64,000 bases of DNA from Desulforhopalus sp. (GTDB lineage Bacteria; Desulfobacterota; Desulfobulbia; Desulfobulbales; Desulfocapsaceae), in NCBI GenBank assembly GCA_023231425.1, contig JALNVI010000004.1:5142-69141 (forward strand), written 5' to 3'. A model generated the notes under the pieces. The model was not told the origin of the DNA and searched no databases. It was given only the letters and a program-made list of their open reading frames with translations. Shown in pieces: positions 39,052 through 47,286 of this stretch (the first letter of the stretch is position 1; the number at the start of each line of letters is the position of its first letter). The position numbers were made by a program, and so were the translations under genes.

Positions 39052-40227
39052 ATGAGCATCGTAACATACAGCGCACTCGAACTCTTTAACTGGTTGAAAG
39101 ACGGAGAAGATATTGCAATCCTTGACGTTCGCAGCAGCGAGGACTTCGCCCGCCAGAAAGTGGAGGCACCACGCCCCTTCCTGCAGGAAAACATCTCCTA
39201 TTATGATTTTTTGGAGATTGAGGACGCCTGTGTGCGACGGGTACAGGAGTTTGCCGGGAGCCGACCGATCCGCATACTCTGCGTCCTTGGCCGGGCAGCC
39301 AGATATGTATCCGAAATTCTAGAGAAAAACGGATTCACTGACATCGCATACCTTGATGGCGGAATAAACGCATGGGGTACATTTCTCATCCCTGTGCTGC
39401 TCAATCCAGGCAAAGAGTATGAACTCTATCAGTTTATTCGCCCTGGCAAGGCGTCGTGTTCTTATGCCCTGGTGAAAGACGGGGAAATGCAGCTCTTTGA
39501 TCCAAGCCACAATACAAAATTCTATCTCGATTTTGCCGCCGAAAAAAACGTGAAAATCAGCCGTACTTTTGAGACCCATCTGCAGGCGGACTATATCGCT
39601 GGCAGCCGTGCCCTCATGGAGCAGGCGGGAGCGGAATTTCTCGCCAGTGAAGCGGACTTTGCCGGAGCACAATTTCAATACACACCCCTGCAGAACGGGG
39701 CAGACTACGGACCGGCAGGCGTTCCGGTGGAGATACATTTCACCCCCGGCCACACACCTGGCTCCACAAGTTATCTTGTGGACAACCGCTGGCTTATCTC
39801 AGGAGACAGCGTCTTCATCCAGTCGGTGGGACGTCCAGATCTCGGCGGAGAGGTTGAAACATGGTCGGACATGCTCTTTGATACCCTCACCCGCGTCCGT
39901 AAAATGGATGGCAAATTACGCATCCTGCCCAGTCACTTCATGTCCTGGGAAGAAGCAACCAGCGTAAATGGTGATCTCGCCTTTGTTGCCCCGCTTTCTC
40001 AGGTGCTGGAGTTCAACCGCGCCATTTACTCTATAGATAACAAAAAGGAGTTTCTCGCCTTTATCAAAGCGAATATGCGCCAGCAGCCGGAGGAGTATGC
40101 CACCATCCGTCAAATCAATGCCGGGCTGAAGAGTGTATCGCCGGAAGAAGAGGAGATTCTCGACCTCGGCAAGAATCAGTGTGCGGCCAGTGCGAGTGCG
40201 GCACAAAAAACCGCTGAAGAGAGTTAA
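39052..40227 (+). CDS. rhodanese domain + MBL-fold protein
   Basis: N-terminal rhodanese-like domain (DIAILDVRSSEDF...ILCVLGRAA) and MBL fold (FTPGHTPGS, GDSVF); start set to ATG 39052; upstream part of the track ORF runs through a repeat. Confidence 0.8.
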   Translation: MSIVTYSALELFNWLKDGEDIAILDVRSSEDFARQKVEAPRPFLQENISYYDFLEIEDACVRRVQEFAGSRPIRILCVLGRAARYVSEILEKNGFTDIAYLDGGINAWGTFLIPVLLNPGKEYELYQFIRPGKASCSYALVKDGEMQLFDPSHNTKFYLDFAAEKNVKISRTFETHLQADYIAGSRALMEQAGAEFLASEADFAGAQFQYTPLQNGADYGPAGVPVEIHFTPGHTPGSTSYLVDNRWLISGDSVFIQSVGRPDLGGEVETWSDMLFDTLTRVRKMDGKLRILPSHFMSWEEATSVNGDLAFVAPLSQVLEFNRAIYSIDNKKEFLAFIKANMRQQPEEYATIRQINAGLKSVSPEEEEILDLGKNQCAASASAAQKTAEES

Positions 40228-40232
40228 GGAGA

Positions 40233-41030
40233 ATGGCTGTCACTATCTATGACAGCTACGACGCGGAGCCGGAGGATGTTTTCGAGGCACTGCCGGAGGG
40301 CCTTTACCGCCAATTCTATGATCTTGAGATGGCGGAGACGTGCGAAGATGCACGTCACTGGGATCGCACCCTGCCCTCCGGCAACATTCTTGAGCTTGGC
40401 TGCGGCTCGGGACGTGTCACCCGCAGCCTTGTCCGCCCCGGCCGCCAGCTCGTTGCCATTGATCTCAGCATCTCCATGTTGACACAGGCACAGCTTTTTT
40501 TTAGAAACATCCCCCCCCGTCAGCGCCCTGCTCTACTGCGCATGGATATGACCGCGCCCGCCTTTAAACCCGCCAGCTTCGACGGCATTGTTATCCCCTG
40601 GAACACCCTTAATCTGCTTCCCGGTAACACCATCAGCCGCTGCCTCTCCTCCTGCCACGAACTGCTCCGTACAGACGGCCTGCTCGGTTTACACCTGCAT
40701 ATTCCGGGAGGCGGCTTCCGCGCCCGGACCAGTCACACTTTTCAATTTAAAATGTTCGACATGGAGAATGGCGGTCGTTTGATAAAAGAGACACTGCGCA
40801 AATTCAATCCACTGGAAGAACGAATAGAGATTGAAGAACGCTACCGACTGCGGCCGATGAAGAAAGGAGAAGAAAATCGCGATTTTTCGACAGAATACAC
40901 CATCTGCGGCTGGGAGCATACGCGATGGCGCGAGCTCTTTGCAGAGTGCGGGTTACAAATACGGGAAGAAAAAGAAGAAGAGGGCTGGGTTCTCCTGCTT
41001 GGGAAGGACGGAAAAAACAAAAGACGGTAA
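40233..41030 (+). CDS. class I SAM-dependent methyltransferase
   Basis: ILELGCGSGRVT motif I, AIDLS motif II; last 7 codons and stop lie inside the family-2 terminal repeat. Confidence 0.8.
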   Translation: MAVTIYDSYDAEPEDVFEALPEGLYRQFYDLEMAETCEDARHWDRTLPSGNILELGCGSGRVTRSLVRPGRQLVAIDLSISMLTQAQLFFRNIPPRQRPALLRMDMTAPAFKPASFDGIVIPWNTLNLLPGNTISRCLSSCHELLRTDGLLGLHLHIPGGGFRARTSHTFQFKMFDMENGGRLIKETLRKFNPLEERIEIEERYRLRPMKKGEENRDFSTEYTICGWEHTRWRELFAECGLQIREEKEEEGWVLLLGKDGKNKRR

Positions 41031-41676
41031 GGCATTTTTTACCGCGAAGAACACGAAGGAACGCGAAGAAAGACGAAGAAAATTTGACAAACGTCGTTTG
41101 TAACCACGAATGGACACGAATTTTCACTAATACTAATTACATTTTTACTGACCAGAAAACGTAACTGCGTGGACATCTTTCTTAGCGATTCCGAAAGGAT
41201 AAACAGGATGTAAAATTGATCTCATTGTAGAAACGTCCGTTGGTCCGTTGTGCTGGAGACGCCTAAATTAGTCGTCTGTCCCATTGTCTTTAAATCTGCC
41301 AATACAAAATGTAAATGGCAGTTCACACCATTCCTATTAAGTTATGCCCCGTTTCAGGAGGCCCAATCCCGGTTGTATCTGCTCTTAATAATTCCGGGAA
41401 TTGCTACCAGTTTATTCCATGCGTTACAAGTCATTCCACCGTTATCGTTACGTTTGTCGTCAGCGTGTAGACAAGCCATGCCTTGTCTCTACATCATCGC
41501 CGGAATCACTGTTGTACCAATTTTTCACCAATGATGATGGATGCCACCGTTATCACCCCGTGGTGACAATATGGCGGGTATGTTTCGCGGGTTATCGGTG
41601 TTCCGTATTCGAAATGCTTTTGCCTTCCTTCGTGTTCTTCGCGGTAAAAAAATGCTTTACCGTCTTTTGCTTTTCC
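41010..41676. mobile_element. family-2 repeat, 667-bp copy with about 52-bp terminal inverted repeats
   Basis: left ggaaaaaacaaaagacggtaaggcattttttaccgcgaagaacacgaaggaa versus right ttccttcgtgttcttcgcggtaaaaaaatgctttaccgtcttttgcttttcc (first 27 bp identical); no credible ORF inside. Confidence 0.7.
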
Positions 41677-41678
41677 CC

Positions 41679-41713
41679 GTCTCCTGTCTCTTGTCTCCTG
41701 TCTCCCGTCTCCT
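41679..41713. repeat. heptanucleotide tandem repeat (GTCTCCT-like x5)
   Basis: gtctcct gtctctt gtctcct gtctccc gtctcct immediately after the family-2 right terminus; a shorter version at 44928-44940. Confidence 0.7.
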
Positions 41714-41880
41714 GCAGGTTTTCTAAATCTTTAGCACTTTTCAGCACTTCTCTTGACCTGGATCAAAGTCAGGTCTTCTCCTGCCGGGTAGAGTCTACCC
41801 ATCAACAAGGTTCCCTCATCAGACGTACCAGGGTTCCCCCTCCAGGTACCATACCTGCCAATACTCAAAAGGAGAAAACA

Positions 41881-43512
41881 ATGTTCTGTAACCAATGTGA
41901 ACAAACCGCTAAAGGCACCGGCTGCACCGTCGTCGGCGTATGTGGCAAAAGTGAAGACGTCGCCGCCCTGCAGGACCTGCTCACCTTTGCCATCCAGGGT
42001 CTCTCTCTGGTTGCCGTAGAGGGACGTAAAGCAGGCATCATTGATAATAAAATCGACCGCTTCGTCGCAGAATCCATCTTCGCCTGCCTGACCAACGTAG
42101 ACTTTGACCCGAAACGATTCCAGAAATGGATCAACAAAACCGTACACTATCGCGACGAACTGAAAAAACGTGTTGAGGCCGCAGGAGGCAAAGTTGAATC
42201 CGACGCCGACGCCCTCACCTTCGCACCTGCCCTCGAACTGAAGGACCTCTACGCCCAGGGCAAGGCCCTCGACCTGATGCAGTCCCTCGACGACAATGAG
42301 GACCTCCGCTCCCTCAAACAGATTACCGTCTATGGTCTCCGCGGTCTCGCAGCTTACGCCGACCACGCCGCCATTCTTGGAAAAGAAGACGAATCAGTCT
42401 ATGCTTTCATCTATGAAACCATGGCAGACTTCACCCGCAAGGGCCAGAGCCTTGAGACACTCGTCGGTACAGCCCTGAAATGCGGCGAGGTCAACGTCAA
42501 GGCCATGGAACTGCTTGATGCAGGCAACACCGGGGCCTACGGACATCCCGTCCCCACAGAAGTCCCGCTGGGGCATAAGGCCGGCAAGGCCATTCTCATC
42601 ACCGGACACGACCTGCGTGACCTCGAGTTACTCCTCAAGCAGACTGAAGGTAAAGGCATCACTGTCTACACCCATGGTGAAATGCTGCCCTGTCACGGCT
42701 ACCCCGAGCTGAAAAAATACCCGCATTTCTATGGCCATTTCGGCACTGCATGGCAGAGTCAACAAAAAGAATTCCCCACCTTCCCGGGGGCGATTCTCTT
42801 CACCACCAACTGCATCCAGAAACCGAAGCCTGAATACAAAGACCGGGTCTTCACCACTGGACTTGTCGGCTGGCCCGATCAGGTCCATATCGAGGACGAC
42901 AAAGATTTCACCCCTGTTATCGAGAAAGCACTCTCCATGCCCGGTTTCCCCGAAGATGAGGACAAAGGCAGTGTAATGAGTGGCTTCGCTCACAACGCCG
43001 TACTCGGCGTAGCGGACAAAGTAATTGCAGGGGTAAAGGCCGGTGACATCCGCCACTTCTTCCTCGTCGGCGGCTGTGATGGCGCCAGACCGGGTCGTAA
43101 TTATTACACTGAACTGGTGGAAAAAATTCCTCAGGACTGCATGATTCTCACCCTGGCCTGTGGCAAGTTCCGTTTCTTCGACAAGAAACTGGGCAACATC
43201 AACGGCATCCCGCGCCTGCTCGACGTTGGACAGTGCAACGATGCCTACTCCGCCATTCAGATCGCTCTCGCACTTTCCAAAGCATTTGACTGCGGCGTCA
43301 ACGATCTGCCTCTCTCCTTCATCCTCTCCTGGTATGAGCAGAAGGCAGTGGTTATTCTTCTCTCCCTCTTCAGCCTTGGGATCAAGGAAATTCGCCTTGG
43401 ACCCACGTTGCCGGCATTTATTTCTCCCAACGTACTCAATGTGCTGGTAGAGAATTTCGCCTGCAAACCGATCAGCACCGCCGATGAAGATTTGAAGACT
43501 ATCCTCGGTTGA
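41881..43512 (+). CDS. hcp: hydroxylamine reductase / hybrid-cluster protein
   Basis: MFCNQCEQTAKGTGCTVVGVCGK N-terminal Cys motif and about 540-aa length; GGAGAA RBS; the 160 upstream codons of the track ORF are repeat-derived. Confidence 0.95.
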   Translation: MFCNQCEQTAKGTGCTVVGVCGKSEDVAALQDLLTFAIQGLSLVAVEGRKAGIIDNKIDRFVAESIFACLTNVDFDPKRFQKWINKTVHYRDELKKRVEAAGGKVESDADALTFAPALELKDLYAQGKALDLMQSLDDNEDLRSLKQITVYGLRGLAAYADHAAILGKEDESVYAFIYETMADFTRKGQSLETLVGTALKCGEVNVKAMELLDAGNTGAYGHPVPTEVPLGHKAGKAILITGHDLRDLELLLKQTEGKGITVYTHGEMLPCHGYPELKKYPHFYGHFGTAWQSQQKEFPTFPGAILFTTNCIQKPKPEYKDRVFTTGLVGWPDQVHIEDDKDFTPVIEKALSMPGFPEDEDKGSVMSGFAHNAVLGVADKVIAGVKAGDIRHFFLVGGCDGARPGRNYYTELVEKIPQDCMILTLACGKFRFFDKKLGNINGIPRLLDVGQCNDAYSAIQIALALSKAFDCGVNDLPLSFILSWYEQKAVVILLSLFSLGIKEIRLGPTLPAFISPNVLNVLVENFACKPISTADEDLKTILG

Positions 43513-43543
43513 AAACGTTAACCTGACGAAAGAATAAATGAGT

Positions 43544-43578
43544 AAAAGCGGGCAGGCTTCCTTGAAACCTGCCCGCTT
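43544..43578 (+). terminator. terminator-like hairpin after hcp
   Basis: aaagcgggcagg / cctgcccgcttt 12-bp stem, 11-nt loop; weak T tail. Confidence 0.5.
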
Positions 43579-43606
43579 TGTCTATAGACTCTCCCTGCGG
43601 AAAAAA

Positions 43607-43770
43607 GGGGAAAAAGCAAAAGGAACCACGAATGGACACGAATAAACACGAATTATTACTCATTCGTAATCGCTGAAAAAGATGTCCACGCAGTCGCGTT
43701 CTCTGGTCAGTAAAAAATGTGATTGGTATAAGACTGCTTCGAGATGTTCTTGTAAAAGAACGAATCCACA
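43607..43770. repeat. family-2 repeat, short copy
   Basis: ggggaaaaagcaaaagg + aaccacgaatggacacgaat + segment reverse-complementary to 41139-41193 + actgcttcgagatgttcttgtaaaag module shared with 44757-44790. Confidence 0.65.
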
Positions 43771-43785
43771 AAAAGAGAAGAGAAC

Positions 43786-44586
43786 ATGAAACAAACAAGA
43801 AAAATCATCAAAATCGACGAAGAACTTTGCGACGGCTGCGGCCTCTGCGTACCAGACTGTGCCGAAGGCTCACTGCGCATTATCAACGGCAAGGCAAAGT
43901 TAATGGCCGACAAACTCTGCGATGGACTTGGTGCCTGCCTCGGCTCCTGTCCCACCGGTGCACTGACCATTGAGGAACGCGAAGCCGACCACTTTGACGA
44001 GGAAGCCGTAGAAGAATTTCTTTCCGCTGAAAAAAAAGGCAGCTGCCCCTCCGCCAGGCTGCACTCTTTTGCGCCGGTGCAGAGCTCTCAACAGACCAGT
44101 GTCCCAGAGAATCGGTCGGCAATGCAGAAGGCTATGAAAGAAGGTGTCTCTTTTACGGGTGATGACAGCGATTCTCTGCTCTCCCACTGGCCGATCCAGC
44201 TTCGCCTGATACCACCCTCGGCTCCCTTTCTGCAGGGAGCTGATCTGCTTGTCGCCGCCGACTGCACCACCGTTTCAGCTGGCAATTTTCAGCAGAGATA
44301 TCTTGCAGGGAAAGCAGTTGTCATGAGCTGTCCAAAATTCGATGACCAGAATCTCCAGGTAGAAAAATTTACTCAGATATTCAGAGAAGCAAAGCTTCAC
44401 AGTATCACCATCCTCTTAATGGAGGTGCCTTGCTGCTCTTCAATGAACCGCCTTATCAAAACGGCTCTGGAACGTTCTGGCGTGGAAATCCCTGTGGAAC
44501 AGGTCATCATCTCGCTGCAGGGAAAAGAGTTGTCACGCGAGAAGTGGAGAAAAGAAGCGGTATTGCCTGTGGTGAATATGGGCTGA
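43786..44586 (+). CDS. 4Fe-4S dicluster domain protein (hcp-associated)
   Basis: CDGCGLCVPDC and CDGLGACLGSCP ferredoxin motifs at the N-terminus; additional C-terminal Cys pairs (SCPKF, VPCCSS). Confidence 0.75.
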   Translation: MKQTRKIIKIDEELCDGCGLCVPDCAEGSLRIINGKAKLMADKLCDGLGACLGSCPTGALTIEEREADHFDEEAVEEFLSAEKKGSCPSARLHSFAPVQSSQQTSVPENRSAMQKAMKEGVSFTGDDSDSLLSHWPIQLRLIPPSAPFLQGADLLVAADCTTVSAGNFQQRYLAGKAVVMSCPKFDDQNLQVEKFTQIFREAKLHSITILLMEVPCCSSMNRLIKTALERSGVEIPVEQVIISLQGKELSREKWRKEAVLPVVNMG

Positions 44587-44590
44587 ACAA

Positions 44591-44950
44591 GGGAAAGGCA
44601 AAAGACATTTTTTACCGCGAAGAACGCTAAGGGACGCGAAGGAAGGCAAAAGCATTTGAGAATAAAGATTTTTAAAATTTAAAGCGGGAAGGGCGGAAAA
44701 GGGGAGAAAGGGAAAAGCAGGACAACACAACCCGATGACGTCCGTTGTGGAATGAGACTGTTTCAAGATGTTCTTGTAAAAGACGAAACGACAAAAGATT
44801 TTTTTGCCAACCAAACGCACTAAACATGCGAAAAAAGGCATTTTATCTATATAATTTATCGTGTTTTCGTGTGTTTCACTGGCTGCCCGTTTTTTGCCTT
44901 TCCGCTTTTTGCCTTTTTCTTTTTCCTGTCTCCTGCCTCCCTTTCTCTGA
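44591..44950. repeat. family-2 repeat, about 360-bp copy
   Basis: gggaaaggcaaaagacattttttaccgcgaagaac... at the left, ...ttttttgcctttccgctttttgcc and ctgtctcctgcctcc at the right; shares modules with 41010-41713 and 43607-43770. Confidence 0.65.
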
Positions 44951-44964
44951 GATGGCAGGATGTT

Positions 44965-45609
44965 TTACCAGCGCAGGCTCACCGTCCGGCCCTGCTGGAC
45001 GATGCCGATACCACCGGTCTGCAGAAGCTGAAAAAGCGGCCGACCGAAGAAAAACAGTTCGAGGCCGAGGCTCATTCCCCGTCCTCCTGCCAGCCTGTCG
45101 CGAAAGCGGAGATCAAGGTGCACCCGCTCCTCAACCTCCGCTTTTTCTTTTGCTGAAAGACTTCCAAGTGCAGAGAAGAAGTCGCAGGAGCAGGCTTTTT
45201 CATGTTCTTCGATGAAAGGCAGCATCTCGTGTCCGCCACCAAGAATGGCACGCCGGTCGAGGGTATCCTGCTCCATCAGAGCAAGAATTTCTGCGGGATC
45301 CCAGCACTTCAGCACCCGACAGGCCTGCGGTCGAAAGGAATAGATCGTGCAGCCCTTTTCTTCTGAGAAATAGCGACAACTCCAGCTCCGCCCCTCTCCA
45401 GAAATTTTCACCAGCTCCACAGACACCGGTTCCACGCCACCAGGCTTTTTGACCGGCTCGCCGCGGCGCACGGTGAGCAGATGTTCCAGCGGGATGCGCC
45501 CCTCCTGTAACAGCGGCAGGTCGGCGCTGTGCAGGGCTGGCCCCCCCGCGCGACAGCAGTCGCCACAACGATGACAGGCAGTCTGTATCTCTTTCCTCGT
45601 TTCTTTCAT
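44965..45609 (-). CDS. YkgJ-family Cys-cluster protein (UPF0153)
   Basis: CHRCGDCCRAGGP N-terminal CxxCxxCC motif and later C...C pairs typical of YkgJ/Fe-S-or-Zn oxidoreductase-like proteins. Confidence 0.75.
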   Translation of the reverse strand: MKETRKEIQTACHRCGDCCRAGGPALHSADLPLLQEGRIPLEHLLTVRRGEPVKKPGGVEPVSVELVKISGEGRSWSCRYFSEEKGCTIYSFRPQACRVLKCWDPAEILALMEQDTLDRRAILGGGHEMLPFIEEHEKACSCDFFSALGSLSAKEKAEVEERVHLDLRFRDRLAGGRGMSLGLELFFFGRPLFQLLQTGGIGIVQQGRTVSLRW

Positions 45610-45684
45610 CTTCGCTCCGACAGGCCTTGCATTTTACGTCTCCTCAGATAGATTCTAAGAGTAAAACTTCTTCAAGAGGAAACC

Positions 45685-45933
45685 ATGAAAATAATTTTCT
45701 ATAAATCAGCTCTTTGTCCCCGCTGTCACGCGGTACAAACCATGCTGGATGAGATAACAACGGAACACCCCGATCTGCAGGTGGAGCAGGTAGATATTCT
45801 CACCTCCCCCCTGCGTGCGCTGCGCGCCGGCGTGCACATGATTCCAACTCTGGACGCAGGTAAGGCCCGTCTCTCCATGATCATGCCCACCCGGGAAAAA
45901 TTGCGCCTCTTTCTACAGAAAAATGGCCTTTAA
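45685..45933 (+). CDS. glutaredoxin/thioredoxin-fold small protein
   Basis: 82-aa ORF, MKIIFYKSALCPRCH CxxC at the canonical position after beta-1; cis-Pro-like IPTL. Confidence 0.6.
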   Translation: MKIIFYKSALCPRCHAVQTMLDEITTEHPDLQVEQVDILTSPLRALRAGVHMIPTLDAGKARLSMIMPTREKLRLFLQKNGL

Positions 45934-46124
45934 GGGACCTTGAAACAGCTTCTATTTCGTTCATATTCGAGGCCCGGAAGGGGATTTACCTCAGACAGAA
46001 CTTTGATCACGGAGTCTATCGCTTACCTGGAGTCTATCGCTTACCTCGACGTCTCGTTCCTCGCTTTGTCGGAGGAAATTTTTTTGGCCGTAACAAAGAA
46101 TATAGGCTATTATTCAAGGTACCC
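45934..46124 (+). mobile_element. family-1 MITE-like element with two 18-bp units
   Basis: gggaccttgaaacagcttctatttcgttcatattcgagg ... ggctattattcaaggtaccc; units at 46010-46045; TTTAA on both flanks (45929-45933, 46125-46129); starts right after the stop codon. Confidence 0.8.
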
Positions 46125-46177
46125 TTTAATCCCGAGCTCCACTCCCACTGGTTTTATAAATAACAACGGAGAATACC

Positions 46178-47023
46178 GTGAATAGATTTCTCAAAAACAG
46201 TCTCGGACTCCTCGACATCATCTCGTGGAGTCTTGTCCTGCTCTTTTTCTGCGGCTCAGCCCTTTTTAATAATGGCAATCTCGCCCAGTCAACCATCGGT
46301 GCAGTGTCGATTATTGTTGTAATGTTTATCATCACTCTTGCCATTGAGATCTGTATTGAGTGCCTGAAAAATACAAAGGGTATTGGCACCATAACCGGCT
46401 TCATAACCAACGGCCCGGAGGCCGTAGTGCTGGTCGTCGGGCTCATCAACGGCGATATTATCTTCGCCGCCTCAACCCCGCTCGGCTCCAACTTCATAAA
46501 CCCGCCGCTGCTGTTCACCGCAGCTCTCATCTGCCACAACCTCATCGGAGTAGTAAACACGCGGTCGACCTACAGCTTCACCACGTATTTTTTCACCGCC
46601 TTTCTTGCCGGCAGCTTTTTTTTCCTCGATAAGAGCGACTACATCTATTGGCTGGGGACTGCTTTGACTCTCACACTGATTCTCTTTTTCATCCGTCCCA
46701 AAGAGGAAGTAGAGGAGCACAGCTCACAAATGATATTGAACCCAAAGATATGGCTTGTTCCCGCCATTGCCCTGCTGGTCTCTGCAGGCTACCTCCTCGA
46801 CCCGGTGGTCAGCTACGCGGCGACCGCTTCAAAGGCCCCCAAGGGAGTGATTGGCTTTCTCGTCCTCTCCCTGCTGACGAGCTGGCCGGAGTTCAAATCC
46901 TGCATTGCCCTGCTCCACCGTAACAACCCGCTTGCAGCGATTCTCAACATCACCGTCTCCAACATCACCAACATCTGGCTCGCCGCCGCCGGGCTGGTTA
47001 TCTATGTGACGGGGCGTCTGTAA
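46178..47023 (+). CDS. CaCA-like (Na+/Ca2+ exchanger family) membrane protein
   Basis: 281-aa polytopic ORF with two alpha-repeat-like motifs (GFITNGPEAVV and LLTSWPEF); GTG start after GGAGA. Confidence 0.55.
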   Translation: MNRFLKNSLGLLDIISWSLVLLFFCGSALFNNGNLAQSTIGAVSIIVVMFIITLAIEICIECLKNTKGIGTITGFITNGPEAVVLVVGLINGDIIFAASTPLGSNFINPPLLFTAALICHNLIGVVNTRSTYSFTTYFFTAFLAGSFFFLDKSDYIYWLGTALTLTLILFFIRPKEEVEEHSSQMILNPKIWLVPAIALLVSAGYLLDPVVSYAATASKAPKGVIGFLVLSLLTSWPEFKSCIALLHRNNPLAAILNITVSNITNIWLAAAGLVIYVTGRL

Positions 47024-47128
47024 AAACTCCCGAAGACCCTGTTTTTTTTTGCTGTCCCGGGAAAAAGGAAACCTCTCAGAAAATCCAGCATAGACCACAG
47101 GAGGAGGGAAGTGAACCAAAAAGAACAT

Positions 47129-47164
47129 CGAATATGAACGAAAGAGAAGCTGTTTCAAGGTACT
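47129..47164 (-). repeat. family-1 left-end fragment
   Basis: cgaatatgaacgaaagagaagctgtttcaaggtac = reverse complement of the family-1 left module only. Confidence 0.55.
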
Positions 47165-47205
47165 CAAAAGGGGAAAGCGTGCCTGGCACGCTTTCCCCTT
47201 TTGAG
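47163..47205. terminator. bidirectional terminator between the CaCA-like gene and leuA
   Basis: ctcaaaaggggaaagcgtgcc / ggcacgctttccccttttgag 21-bp perfect stem. Confidence 0.65.
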
Positions 47206-47286
47206 TTTCCTTCATACAGTCTCTCTTTACACAACAGTTATCATCCAGAGTCACTGTAAAAAGAACGGATTTTCCCGACCTTTTCC

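Noticed and set aside
41401-41880. 160-codon N-terminal extension of the hcp ORF (and the ORFs at 41250-41534 and 41541-41726)
   Set aside because: It is the translation of family-2 repeat and heptamer repeat sequence. Hcp proteins start at MFCNQCEQ, which has its own RBS at 41881.
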